Origin: an uncultured candidate division Zixibacteria bacterium
Lineage (GTDB): Bacteria > Zixibacteria > MSB-5A5 > RBG-16-43-9
DNA: 64,000 bases
Reading direction: 5' to 3'
NCBI GenBank assembly: GCA_963713865.1
Contig: OY970208.1
Coordinates: 608,001-672,000, forward strand
Numbering within the stretch: position 1 is the first letter of the stretch; each line of letters starts with the position of its first letter. The notes below the pieces were generated by a model. It had not been told where the DNA came from. It ran no database searches and saw only the letters and a list, made by a program, of their open reading frames with translations. Positions 10,964-21,163 of the stretch are shown piece by piece. The position numbers were made by a program, and so were the translations under genes.

Positions 10964-12244
10964 ATGAAAAAAGGAGTATTTTTTGCATTCTGGGTAATAT
11001 TTTTCTTCTGGGCCGGTTTTTTAGCGCAAGCACAGGAGGTTCCCCCAAAAGTTCTCACCATCGATGATTGCGTGCAGATAGCCCTGAAGAACAACTTTGA
11101 AGCTCGTTCTGCCCAGGAGAATTATAAATCCGCCAGATGGGAGCTATTGGGTGGCTGGTCAGGTTTATTGCCCAGCCTTGGTCTTTCCTCGGGCTGGACG
11201 ATTCAAAATGCATTTCCGGAGAGATTAGATTATGATGAGTATCGTTTTAGTCTTGGAGTAAGCCAAACTATTTTTGACGGTGGTTCAAACTGGGCGAGTT
11301 TCAATTTGAGAAGAGCGGGAAAGAGGTCAGCCTGGGATGATTTAAAATTAGCAGAGAAATCTGTGGCATTGAGTGTAAAAGAGGGCTGTTATAATCTTTT
11401 GAAAGCTCAGATGCTGTATGACGTTCAGCAGGATGCAGTGAAGAAGAGTATCGAACAGCTCAACATGGCAAAAGCGAGGTATGATTTAGGCTCTGCCTCC
11501 CTTTCCGATTATCTTAAGGCAAAAGTGCAGTTGGGGAACGATAGTCTGAATTTGATTACTTATGCCAACAACGTGAAATTAACTGAAGCCAGCTTGAACA
11601 GCTTGTTAGGTATAGATATAAATACCCCCTTAGAGATAGATGCCAAGTTAGGATATAAGAAGCTGGAAGTTAACTTAGAAGACGAGACCAGGAAAGCATT
11701 AGGAAATCATCCGCAGATCGATAAAGCCGAGATGGGAGTAAATCAGGCTCATTCAAGCCTGACCATTGCCAGAGGAGGCAATTTCCCCAACATATCTTTC
11801 TCGGGCAGTTATTCCTGGGGTGGCTATAGATTTCCTTCAAGCCGGGATATAGAGAGAAGCGATACCTGGGGTATAGGGATAGGCATCAGTCTGAATTTAT
11901 TTGATGGCTTTACAACCACCTCCAGAGTTAGAAGTGCTAAGGCTCAGCTTAATTTAGCCAAAGAGAGCCTGAAGCAGAGCAGGAGGGATTTGGAATTAGA
12001 GATAAAACAGGCATTTTTATCAGTGAAAGAAGCAGAGCAAAAAATTCAATTGACAGATGATGCTTTGAAATCAGCCGAAGAGGATTTAAAGCTTACCCAG
12101 GAAAAATACAACTTAGGTGCGGCATCCATCTTAGAGCTTTTGGATGCTAATGTTTCCTACAAAACTGCCAAAAGTAACCAGGTTCAGGCCCTGTATGACT
12201 ATAATTTAGCTTTAGCTCAATTTGAAAAAGCTATAGATGAATGA
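10964..12244 (+). CDS. TolC-family outer-membrane efflux protein
   Basis: Signal peptide and two OEP repeats (RYDLGSAS…, KYNLGAASILELLDA). Confidence 0.88.
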   Translation: MKKGVFFAFWVIFFFWAGFLAQAQEVPPKVLTIDDCVQIALKNNFEARSAQENYKSARWELLGGWSGLLPSLGLSSGWTIQNAFPERLDYDEYRFSLGVSQTIFDGGSNWASFNLRRAGKRSAWDDLKLAEKSVALSVKEGCYNLLKAQMLYDVQQDAVKKSIEQLNMAKARYDLGSASLSDYLKAKVQLGNDSLNLITYANNVKLTEASLNSLLGIDINTPLEIDAKLGYKKLEVNLEDETRKALGNHPQIDKAEMGVNQAHSSLTIARGGNFPNISFSGSYSWGGYRFPSSRDIERSDTWGIGIGISLNLFDGFTTTSRVRSAKAQLNLAKESLKQSRRDLELEIKQAFLSVKEAEQKIQLTDDALKSAEEDLKLTQEKYNLGAASILELLDANVSYKTAKSNQVQALYDYNLALAQFEKAIDE

Positions 12245-12266
12245 ATAGTTTAGAAGAGGTAGAGAT

Positions 12267-13484
12267 ATGAGATATTTACAGATTTTGAAAGTTGCCTATA
12301 AGGCTCTGGGCAGAAACAAGATGCGTTCCAGCTTGACTATGCTGGGTATAATAATCGGGGTAGGGGCAGTTATAGCGATGATGGGAATAGGACAAGGGGC
12401 AAAAAAATTGATCAATGACCAGATAGCTTCCTTGGGTGATAATCTTTTAACTATATTCCCGGGAAGTTTTATGAGTGGAGGTATTAGAGCTGGAGCCGGG
12501 ACAAGAACCTCTCTGACAGAAGAAGATGCTAAGGCTATTAAGGAGAACTGCCCTGCTGTTCTCAGGGTTTCACCAGAGGTTCGAACCGGAGCACAGGTCG
12601 TAGCAGGAAATCTTAACTGGGCAACTACCATTGAAGGATATTCCACAGATTTTCCTCTTATCCGTTCCTGGTCCCTCGCTTCAGGCACTTTTTTCACAGA
12701 GCAGGACGTAAAAGGAGCTACCAAAGTCTGTGTTTTAGGGAAAACTGTAGTTGACAACCTTTTCAGCGGGCAGGACCCGGTTGGCGAGATCATAAGAATA
12801 AAAAAACTTCCTTTCCGGGTTTTAGGGGTTTTATCCCCAAAAGGACAGACGGGCTTTGGACATGACCAGGATGATATAATTATTGTCCCTTACACTACTG
12901 CCCAGAAAAAAATTGCAGGTATAAACCATATTAATTCTATTATCGCTTCAGCTATAGACCGAACCAAGATCGATGTGGCTGAAGAACAAATAACCCTGCT
13001 CCTTCGCCAGAGACATAAAATCCTTAAAGCGGAGGACGATGATTTTACGGTCAGAAGTCAATTAGATATTGCCTCTGCAGCTGGCTCAACTTCTACCATA
13101 ATGACCATTCTATTGGGAGCTATCGCCTCTATATCTCTGATAGTTGGTGGGATCGGGATTATGAACATTATGTTAGTCTCGGTAACTGAAAGAACAAGAG
13201 AAATTGGTATCAGGATGGCAGTAGGAGCTAAATCTAAGGATATATTGACTCAGTTTTTAATTGAATCTATGGTTTTAAGTCTGATCGGAGGTTTGATTGG
13301 AATTATCTTAGGGATTTTGTGTTCAAAATTGATCTCACTGATCTTGCACTGGTCAATTTACACCTCAGTTCCTGCAGTAGTTTTATCCTTCCTTTTTGCC
13401 GGATTTGTCGGAGTTTTCTTCGGCTTCTATCCAGCCAGAAAAGCCTCCCTTTTAGACCCGATAGAGGCTTTAAGATACGAGTAA
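12267..13484 (+). CDS. ABC transporter permease (MacB-like)
   Basis: RSSLTMLGIIIGV, VGGIGIMNIMLVSVTERTREIGIRMAVGA and PIEALRYE. Confidence 0.92.
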   Translation: MRYLQILKVAYKALGRNKMRSSLTMLGIIIGVGAVIAMMGIGQGAKKLINDQIASLGDNLLTIFPGSFMSGGIRAGAGTRTSLTEEDAKAIKENCPAVLRVSPEVRTGAQVVAGNLNWATTIEGYSTDFPLIRSWSLASGTFFTEQDVKGATKVCVLGKTVVDNLFSGQDPVGEIIRIKKLPFRVLGVLSPKGQTGFGHDQDDIIIVPYTTAQKKIAGINHINSIIASAIDRTKIDVAEEQITLLLRQRHKILKAEDDDFTVRSQLDIASAAGSTSTIMTILLGAIASISLIVGGIGIMNIMLVSVTERTREIGIRMAVGAKSKDILTQFLIESMVLSLIGGLIGIILGILCSKLISLILHWSIYTSVPAVVLSFLFAGFVGVFFGFYPARKASLLDPIEALRYE

Positions 13485-13510
13485 AAGCGTTGCGTCAGGT
13501 TTTCTTTTAT

Positions 13511-13794
13511 GTAGGGGCAGACCTCTGTGTCTGCCTCTTTTGTATTTGTAGGGATAGAATCTCGCCTCAGGCGGATTCTATCCTCTTTTTTTATTGGAAA
13601 ACCTCAGACGTCCAATAGTAGGGACGGGGTCACCCCGCCCAATAAATTACAGGGCGAGCCCGCCCTTTGGCGGGTCGCCCCTACTAACAAACGCCAAACT
13701 TACAAACTCCAAACTGTATTTCAGAGGCGGAACTGGTTGAAAACTATTTTTGATTTGTCAAACAGTCCGCCCAAGGCGGACATGCTTAACCTAC
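13511..13794. repeat. GTAG-initiated REP-like palindromes
   Basis: GTAGGGGCAGACCTCTGTGTCTGCC, GTAGGGATAGAATC…GATTCTATCC, GTAGGGACGGGGTCACCCCGCCC and GGGCGAGCCCGCC…GGGTCGCCCCTAC. Confidence 0.8.
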
Positions 13795-14290
13795 GAGCTG
13801 CGGTCGTCATAAATTTTTTGTAATAGATGAACATCCAAAAGTTTCCCAAATTTTCGACCAACTTCCCTCATAATTCCTATGTGCTCAAAATCCACCGATT
13901 CGTGAAGATGAATACTTGCTTTTCCATCCTCAGCCACTCTAGCTATTACTGTATGGAGGCCTACTTTTTGACCTTCCTGCATAATTGCTTCCAAAAGCTT
14001 CTTCCCAATTCCCTTGCCTTGAAATTCTTCCTTAACATAGAGTGAAATTTCAGCAGTATCAGAATATGCACATCTATCAGACCATTTGCTTAAAGACACC
14101 CAACCACAAGACCGTTCTCCTCTGCAACTAATATGGGATACTTAGTGCCATGATTTGAAAACCATGCACTCTGTTCCTTAAGAGTTTTAGGCTGGGTGTC
14201 GAAGGTGGCTACTGTTCTAACAATAGCTTCATTGTATATCTCTGTAATTCGATCCAGATCCTTTAGTTCCGCCTTCCTAATTCTCAGCAT
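13791..14290 (-). pseudogene. GNAT acetyltransferase (YncA/phosphinothricin-AT-like), frameshifted near 14095-14110
   Basis: IYNEAI…ATFDTQP in ORF 14090-14290 joins SLSKWSDRCAY…QGKGIGKKL…EVGRKFG in ORF 13791-14099. Confidence 0.75.
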
Positions 14291-14503
14291 ATATACTCTT
14301 TAGATGATTTTAGTCCGCCAGAGTCGGAGCTGGTTGCCAACCCTTTTTGTTTTGTCAAGCAGGCTACGCCATGCTTGAACTACAAGATTAGAAGGGCAGA
14401 CAAAGGGGTCTGCCCCTACGAATTACGAACAAACGCTAAACTTACAAACTCCAAACTGCTTTTCAGTCCCGCCTGCGGTGGGATTTCCCCGATTTATCGG
14501 GGC

Positions 14504-15757
14504 TCAACACGGCGCTGGCCCGCTTTTGAAAAGATAGTTGATTAAATAGACTACATCGGTAACATTCACCTTCCCATCACAATTAACATCTCCATTTTCT
14601 AAAGGATTAGGAGTGGGCCCACCTTTGAAAAGATAATTGATTATATAGATCACATCTGAAACAGTTATCTGACCATCGCAATTAACATTCCCACGCTGGG
14701 GTGGCACTTCGGTGATTTCAAAACTCCCCACCTCTCCTTCAGCAGGCCAGTTGATGGAAACCGGATCGACTATAGAATACATAGTAGTTGGTCCCGCAGA
14801 TGAATGAACAGCAGTTCTGAAAGTCAAAGTGCCTGGACCAGATACATTGTAGAACATTCTGCAGTAGAGCCCACTATCACCTGGTAAAAGTCTGCTAGCT
14901 CCAAATCCAACCGCAACAAAAAGCAAGGGGTCCTCAGGTGGTCCAGTCTCGTTGACAATCTTCTGAGTAAAATGCCAAACTAGACTGGGTGGTTCAAATG
15001 CACCAGGATGCGCGTCCTGCCATCCTCCGGTTAAAATAGTATTCAAAACTGGGTTTGAGCTCCCTTCTGCATACAGGGCTACATTTAAATAAGTAACTAT
15101 ACCAGCTATACCAGCATCCTCGATTTCGACGTTGATATTCACCTGAACAACACTATCACAGGGGGAATACTCAAGATCTACCGGAACCAGAGAATATTCA
15201 TTCATTTTAAGGTTAAAACTATCAAGTGTCCCCTCAGAGGGCCAGTTAACAGGAGCAGGGGTAGAATCAGGCTTTAGCATACTCACCGAACCTGCAGTGG
15301 AATGAACTGCAGTCCTGAAAGTCAAAGTTCCCGGACCTGAGACCTTGTAGAACATTGTGCAAAAACGCCCAGTATCAGGAGGAAGTGGAGTAGCATCGTC
15401 ATCCGCCCTAAAAAGCAAAGGATCAGATGGGGGTCCATAGGGATTTATATATCTGGTTATGAAGTCTGAAACGACGCTGGGCACTGCAAAGGCTGGAGGA
15501 TTTGGGTCTCCCAAACCCCCAGTCAAGATTGTATCTAAAACCGGATTGGATGTTCCCTCTGCATACAAAGGAACTTGAAATAATCCGATAGTGTCACGGG
15601 TGTTGATATTTATGTTGAACTGAACAATGCTGTCATCCGGTGCAATTCGAAGGTCCACCGGTACCAGGGAATATTCATTAACCTGTGGAGAACCAAGCTC
15701 AGAGAAGAAAAGCACCAGAGAAGACACTAAAACAATTAATAGCAAATCTCTTCTCAT
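14504..15757 (-). CDS. Secreted protein with two repeated beta-rich domains and C-terminal dockerin type I
   Basis: Signal peptide, two NEYSLVPVD…GTLTFRTAVHS repeats, GNVNCDG/GDVNCDG dockerin repeats. Confidence 0.85.
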   Translation of the reverse strand: MRRDLLLIVLVSSLVLFFSELGSPQVNEYSLVPVDLRIAPDDSIVQFNININTRDTIGLFQVPLYAEGTSNPVLDTILTGGLGDPNPPAFAVPSVVSDFITRYINPYGPPSDPLLFRADDDATPLPPDTGRFCTMFYKVSGPGTLTFRTAVHSTAGSVSMLKPDSTPAPVNWPSEGTLDSFNLKMNEYSLVPVDLEYSPCDSVVQVNINVEIEDAGIAGIVTYLNVALYAEGSSNPVLNTILTGGWQDAHPGAFEPPSLVWHFTQKIVNETGPPEDPLLFVAVGFGASRLLPGDSGLYCRMFYNVSGPGTLTFRTAVHSSAGPTTMYSIVDPVSINWPAEGEVGSFEITEVPPQRGNVNCDGQITVSDVIYIINYLFKGGPTPNPLENGDVNCDGKVNVTDVVYLINYLFKSGPAPC

Positions 15758-15824
15758 TTTCTTTCACCTCCATTTAAAATTAAAATCCTTTCAAACTCTA
15801 ATCTTATAAACTTTTAAACTGTAT

Positions 15825-16604
15825 TTAGCAGGGCGGTGGTGGTCCGCTTTTGAAAAGGTAATTGATTAGATAGATCACATCAGAAACGGTTACCTCACCA
15901 TCACAATTAGCATCCCCAGCTATTAAGGGAATTGGAGAAAAACCGCTCTTGAAAAAATAGTTAATTAGAAAAATCACATCTGAAACAGTTATCTGTCCGT
16001 CACGATTAGCATCCCCCGGCTGGATTGCTATAACCTCAAAACTGCCAACCTCTCCTGCAGGGGGCCAGTTAATGGGAACTGATGAACCATAATAATCGTT
16101 CATTATCACTGAACCACCAGTTGAGTGGACCGCAGTTCTAAAGGTTAAGGTTCCGGGTTCAGAAACTTTATAGAACATCCTGCAAAAAAGACCGCTGGCT
16201 GGAGGAGTAATACCTGCCTGTCCAAAATTCATAGCCAGAAAGTATAATGGGTCAGTGGGTGGCCCGTAAGGGTTAACAGTCGTTACGGAAAAATAATCAA
16301 CCAGGCTGGGTGGATAAAAGGCTGGTGGATATTCATCCATAAGACCACCGGTCAAAATTGTATCCAGAACCGGATTAGAGGTACCTTCCGCATACAGGGG
16401 AACAAAAAATGCCTTGATCATACCATACTCTTCAAAAAGCTCGATATGGATGTCAATCTCCACAGTCCCACCACTGGGGTAGATAAAAAGATTTACCGGA
16501 ACCAAAGAGTATTCATTAACCTGGGCAGTCCCAAGCTGGGAGAAAAGAAAAAACAGAGAAAAAATCAGTACCAGCAAAAGCATATTCTTTTTCATCCTCT
16601 TCAC
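15825..16604 (-). CDS. Secreted dockerin type I protein, paralog of 14504-15757 (one repeat domain)
   Basis: NEYSLVPV…GTLTFRTAVHS, then GDANRDG and GDANCDG. Confidence 0.85.
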   Translation of the reverse strand: MKRMKKNMLLLVLIFSLFFLFSQLGTAQVNEYSLVPVNLFIYPSGGTVEIDIHIELFEEYGMIKAFFVPLYAEGTSNPVLDTILTGGLMDEYPPAFYPPSLVDYFSVTTVNPYGPPTDPLYFLAMNFGQAGITPPASGLFCRMFYKVSEPGTLTFRTAVHSTGGSVIMNDYYGSSVPINWPPAGEVGSFEVIAIQPGDANRDGQITVSDVIFLINYFFKSGFSPIPLIAGDANCDGEVTVSDVIYLINYLFKSGPPPPC

Positions 16605-16875
16605 CTCCTGTAAAATTGATGAAAGAAGATTTTAAATAAGGCTATTGAAATGTCTCTTCAAATATTAAACTAATCTAAAAATACCATCTGTCAAGCAAAA
16701 AATCTGCAGGAATTATCCCCTCTCCTTTCAGGAGAGGGCCAAGGTGAGGTCTCACAAGTTGTAGCGGAGGTCTTCAGACCCCCATCGTTTCTAATTAAAA
16801 ACTATTGTTAAATTAATCCCAATTTAATTATATTCATTCTGTTTAATCTGCTGTGAAATTTTTGAGGAGAAACCC

Positions 16876-17847
16876 TTGTTTAAAATCTATAAAGATAAAG
16901 ACGCTACCCTAAAATATCTAAAAGGAAAAACTATCTCCATTCTTGGATATGGGAACCAGGGAAGGGCACAAGCTCTGAATTTAAGAGATTCAGGTTTGAA
17001 AGTGGTAATCGGACTTCCAAAAGGAAACCGGGATATAAAATCTGCCATGAAAGATGGTTTTAAGGTTTACACTCCGGAAAAAGTAGTAACAGAAGGAGAG
17101 ATAATTTCAGTCTTAGCTCCTGACCATATACATAAAGAGCTTTATGAAAAAAGCATCCAGAAAAATCTCTCTCCTGGAAAAACTTTAGTCTTTGCACATG
17201 CTTACAGCATTTATTTCAACCTGATAAAACCTCCTGAATTTATTGATGTTATCCTGGTAGCACCTCACGGTCCGGGTGAACTGGTGCGAAAACTTTTCTT
17301 GGAAGGAAAAGGTGTAACCTCATTTATCGCAGTAGAAAAAAATTATTCTGGAAAAGCATTAAAAAAATCCCTTGCCTATGCTAAAGGAATCGGCTCAACT
17401 AAAGCCGGGGCAATATTGACTACTTTCAAAGACGAAGCCATTGGAGACTTGTTTGGTGAACAAGCAGTTTTATGCGGAGGGCTCTCTGAGCTTTTGAAAT
17501 CCGGATTTGAAACTTTAGTAGAATCCGGTCTATCACCGGAAAATGCCTATTTAGAATGTGTCCATCAATTAGACCTGATCGTGGAGCTTATCAAAAAATA
17601 TGGCATAGCCGGGATGTTTAAAAAAATAAGCCGGACCGCAGAGTTCGGCTCCTATGTCTCCGGGAAAAGCGTCATTAACAAAAATGAAATGAAAAGAATT
17701 TTATCCAGAATAAAGAATGGAGATTTTGCTAAAAGATGGATAAAAGAATATGAAAGCGGAATGAAGAATTATAAGAAGATGAAAAAATCCTGGGAAACCC
17801 ACCTAATTCAGAAAACCTGGGAAAAATTGGATAGATTTTTTGTGTAG
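16876..17847 (+). CDS. ilvC: Ketol-acid reductoisomerase
   Basis: LGYGNQGRAQALNLRDSG, VAPHGPG and DLFGEQAVLCGG. Confidence 0.95.
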   Translation: MFKIYKDKDATLKYLKGKTISILGYGNQGRAQALNLRDSGLKVVIGLPKGNRDIKSAMKDGFKVYTPEKVVTEGEIISVLAPDHIHKELYEKSIQKNLSPGKTLVFAHAYSIYFNLIKPPEFIDVILVAPHGPGELVRKLFLEGKGVTSFIAVEKNYSGKALKKSLAYAKGIGSTKAGAILTTFKDEAIGDLFGEQAVLCGGLSELLKSGFETLVESGLSPENAYLECVHQLDLIVELIKKYGIAGMFKKISRTAEFGSYVSGKSVINKNEMKRILSRIKNGDFAKRWIKEYESGMKNYKKMKKSWETHLIQKTWEKLDRFFV

Positions 17848-17907
17848 GGACAGAACAGTGTTCTGTCCCCACAGAATAAAACGGACAGCCATAAAGGCTG
17901 TCCCTAC
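17844..17907. repeat. Inverted pair of GTAG REP-like palindromes
   Basis: GTAGGGACAGAACAGTGTTCTGTCCC … GGACAGCCATAAAGGCTGTCCCTAC. The GTAG supplies the ilvC stop codon. Confidence 0.75.
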
Positions 17908-17950
17908 GAAATACCTTGCTTTTTAACAAAAAAGGTTTAAGTTTTGCGGG

Positions 17951-18427
17951 ATGGAATTACCTGAGGATAAAATCGTTTATCGCTATTTTGGAATCGAGCT
18001 GCGGATAGTTTTTTATCTTACTTCTTTTGTTTTCCTTTTGCTTTCCATGTTCAGTTTTAAATCCTTTTTCCTTTTCAGCCTTTTTTCTTTTTTGATCTTT
18101 ATCCTCTCAGCCCTGTTAACCTATCTGGACTATACCCGTCATCTGTTAATTTTAGACCGGGAGGGAATAAGCTTCAGCCGGTTTTTAACCAGGAAATCTG
18201 AAGGTGATCATTTATACTGGACAAACGTCCAGCAGATTACGACTCAGGAATATGGAATATTTAAGATTTTAAAAACAACCCGGGTGATCTCGGAAGGAAA
18301 AGAGATCAAAGTATTTTCTTTTATGGAGGACTATCCACATTTTTTAAAAGAGATCTTTGAGAAATCTAAAAATGCCGAAATCGATAAACTCACCCAAGAT
18401 TTACTTGGCGGGCAGGCAGATTTTTAA
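17951..18427 (+). CDS. Hypothetical membrane protein (two TM helices plus PH-like domain)
   Basis: Two hydrophobic helices followed by …ILDREGISF…W. Confidence 0.65.
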   Translation: MELPEDKIVYRYFGIELRIVFYLTSFVFLLLSMFSFKSFFLFSLFSFLIFILSALLTYLDYTRHLLILDREGISFSRFLTRKSEGDHLYWTNVQQITTQEYGIFKILKTTRVISEGKEIKVFSFMEDYPHFLKEIFEKSKNAEIDKLTQDLLGGQADF

Positions 18428-18449
18428 AATTATTTTAAAAGGTCTATCT

Positions 18450-19487
18450 ATGAAGGCCATAAATTTATTAACCTGTTTTGCTCTTACCTTTTCCACAAGT
18501 TCAGGGATAACCTTTGCTTCCCAGGCTAATTCTGATATGGATTCTATCATCTTCAAAGGGATAGATTTTATTCATCAGGATAAATTCGATTCCGGGATTG
18601 CAGAGTTCAAAAAGGTGGTTCAGCTTTATCCGGATGAGCCAGCAGGGTATTTTTTCATAGCCGCATCTTTACAGACCTTGATCGACGATTACCGAAATGA
18701 TAAATATAAAGCTGATTTTGAAAAATATATTAACCTATCCGTTGAAAAAGGGGATAAAAAGGTGGAACAGGACCCGAATTCAGCTCTTGACCATTTCTAT
18801 TTAGGTGGCTCCCTGGGCTATCGAGGGATTTACCGCTCATTTAGAGGGAACTGGTGGGGTGCGTTCCGGGACGGAGGAAAAGCTCATTCCCATCTGAAAA
18901 AAGCTGTGGAACTGAACCCGAATCTATATGATGCCTATTTCGGACTGGGATCTTATCATTACTGGAGAAGCGTCAAATCCAAGCTTTTCTGGTGGCTTCC
19001 ATTTTTCGGGGATGAGAGGAAGAAAGGGATTCAGGAGACTATGCTTGCCATCCAGAAGGGGAAATATGCCAAAGATGAAGCTGCTTATTCCCTGTTAAGG
19101 ATTTATCTGGAGGAAAAAGACTATACCTCTGTTTTAAAATGGAGTCAGGAGGTAAAAAGGATAAAAGAGGATGACCCATTCCGCTTGTGGATGACCGGCT
19201 TTGCTTATATCGGTTTGAAAAACTGGATTGATGCACAAAAAATATTTCTGGATTTATTAAATGTTCTGAAGTCTTCTCCCTATTATGACCCTGCGGGTGA
19301 ATACGAATGCAGATACTGGTTGGCATATATCTATTTCAACCAGGGGGATATACAGACTGCTCAGGATGAGCTGAATAAAGCTTTATCTTTTGAGCCCCAG
19401 GTAAAGGGAAACGATTATGCAGAACCATTTGCTGATAAAATAAAAGACCTGCAAAAGGATATCTCACAAAAATTAAAATCTAAATGA
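18450..19487 (+). CDS. Secreted TPR protein
   Basis: Signal peptide, TPR helices, YDAYFGLGSYHYW. Confidence 0.8.
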   Translation: MKAINLLTCFALTFSTSSGITFASQANSDMDSIIFKGIDFIHQDKFDSGIAEFKKVVQLYPDEPAGYFFIAASLQTLIDDYRNDKYKADFEKYINLSVEKGDKKVEQDPNSALDHFYLGGSLGYRGIYRSFRGNWWGAFRDGGKAHSHLKKAVELNPNLYDAYFGLGSYHYWRSVKSKLFWWLPFFGDERKKGIQETMLAIQKGKYAKDEAAYSLLRIYLEEKDYTSVLKWSQEVKRIKEDDPFRLWMTGFAYIGLKNWIDAQKIFLDLLNVLKSSPYYDPAGEYECRYWLAYIYFNQGDIQTAQDELNKALSFEPQVKGNDYAEPFADKIKDLQKDISQKLKSK

Positions 19488-20539
19488 AATTTCTCTTTTC
19501 CATTTTATTATTCATCAGTTTTTTAATCTACCCTTTGTCTGCTTTTCCTTCCAGTGAGTCCGCCGGACAATCTCAGGATTCTCTCTCTTATATTAACCTT
19601 ATATTAGAGGGGATAGATGCTACCCTAAACGAGAACTATCTTTATGCTGAGAACATGTTCAAGCAGATGGTAAACTCAGATTCCCAGAATCCGGCTGGTC
19701 ATTTCTTCTTGGGTGCGTTATACCAGGCAGAGATGATGGATTATGAAGGTGATTTCAAGGAGGAGGAGTTTTACACTACTCTGGAAACTACCATTAGATT
19801 AGCCAAGAAAAGGATTAAGGCAGGAAATGAAACCCCCTGGGATTATCTTTATTTGGGAAACTCTTATGGTTATTTAGGGGTCTATAAAGCCCGTAAAGGG
19901 AACTGGTGGTCAGCTTTTAGAAGCGCCTTAAAGGCTAAATCGGCTTTTAAAAAAGCAGTGGAGCTTGATTCCACCCTTTACGATGCCTATGTCGGGCTGG
20001 GCTCATATCATTACTGGACCAGTCATTTCACCAAGACTTTTGCCTGGCTGCCGTTTTTTGCAGATGAAAGGAAAAGAGGTATCCGGGAAATAAAATTGGC
20101 TTCAGAGAAAAGTCTTTTTTCCAGAGCTGCCGCTTTAAATGCTCTTATCTGGATCTATATCAAAGAGAAAGATTATCCCAAAGCCATTGAGTTAGCAATG
20201 AATTTACAAAAAGAATATCCTGACGGGAAAATCTTCTTATGGGCTTTAGCCACGGCTTATTATGAGAAATATGACTGGGATAAAGCCATAGAATATTATA
20301 ATCTGATACAAAATAAACTCAAAAACAATCCTGCGGAAAACTATTATAACCTGATAGAATGCTATTACCGCATTGCCGATTCGTATTTCAACTCCGGAGA
20401 TTTCGCTGAGTGTATCCACGTCTGCAAAGAGGGATTAAGCTATAATCTAAATTCAAAGACAAAAGAAAGACAGAAAGACAAACTTAACAAGCTCAAAGAG
20501 CTTCTTGAGAAATCCTTAAAAATAACCGGAAAAAAATAA
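19484..20539 (+). CDS. Secreted TPR protein, tandem paralog
   Basis: YDAYVGLGSYHYW…WLPFFADERK motif shared with the upstream gene, and a 4-bp overlap. Confidence 0.8.
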   Translation: MKFLFSILLFISFLIYPLSAFPSSESAGQSQDSLSYINLILEGIDATLNENYLYAENMFKQMVNSDSQNPAGHFFLGALYQAEMMDYEGDFKEEEFYTTLETTIRLAKKRIKAGNETPWDYLYLGNSYGYLGVYKARKGNWWSAFRSALKAKSAFKKAVELDSTLYDAYVGLGSYHYWTSHFTKTFAWLPFFADERKRGIREIKLASEKSLFSRAAALNALIWIYIKEKDYPKAIELAMNLQKEYPDGKIFLWALATAYYEKYDWDKAIEYYNLIQNKLKNNPAENYYNLIECYYRIADSYFNSGDFAECIHVCKEGLSYNLNSKTKERQKDKLNKLKELLEKSLKITGKK

Positions 20540-20710
20540 TAGTAGAACAGACATTCTGTCTGTTCTATCATTTCGTAGTACGATCCTGCTTGTCCCGTCG
20601 TAGGCGGGATCAGGGTCGCAATGTGTAGGGACAGAATATTGTTCTGTCCTTTTTTCTCTCAGTAGTGGAGTTTCTGACACTACGATTAAATAGTAATTTT
20701 TAATCCATTA

Positions 20711-21160
20711 TCATATGTTATTATCGTTTTTAAATCCTTTCAGTAAAGTCAAATAAACACCAAAAATCGTAGATAGAAGCTGCAAGAATGGCGATATGAA
20801 TATCATCAGAACCAGCCAGCCGGTAAAGCTTATTTTCGGGTCATAAAGGATTAGGGGAATCCCGAAATTCTTGAAATCGTATCCAGGGTTGAAAAGCAAT
20901 TTAATCGTAGGTCCCCAGAGGATAGCCATCACCACAAAAGTAAAAAGAGAAGTATTGATCGCATATTTAAAGGTTTTTTTAAAATAATTTTTAGAGTTTT
21001 TTTCTTGCAGAGTCACTCTTCTTACAATATACCATCCGACCACGAATCCAAATAGGATACAGAAGATCGGAACGCCCATCCCCATCCCAACACAAATCAA
21101 ATCGAGAAAAGCAAAAATTAAAAAGGTTATTTTGATGTTTAATTTAAAAATTCTATCCGT
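20711..21160 (-). CDS. Hypothetical membrane protein (frame extends to an ACG at 21160)
   Basis: Hydrophobic ORF with GMGMGVP. In frame back to ACG-GAT-AGA just after the upstream stop. Confidence 0.6.
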   Translation of the reverse strand, partial: TDRIFKLNIKITFLIFAFLDLICVGMGMGVPIFCILFGFVVGWYIVRRVTLQEKNSKNYFKKTFKYAINTSLFTFVVMAILWGPTIKLLFNPGYDFKNFGIPLILYDPKISFTGWLVLMIFISPFLQLLSTIFGVYLTLLKGFKNDNNI

Positions 21161-21163
21161 AGC

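Noticed and set aside
13319-13823. ORFs 13319-13618 and 13527-13823
   Set aside because: They overlap the permease or are translations of REP palindromes.
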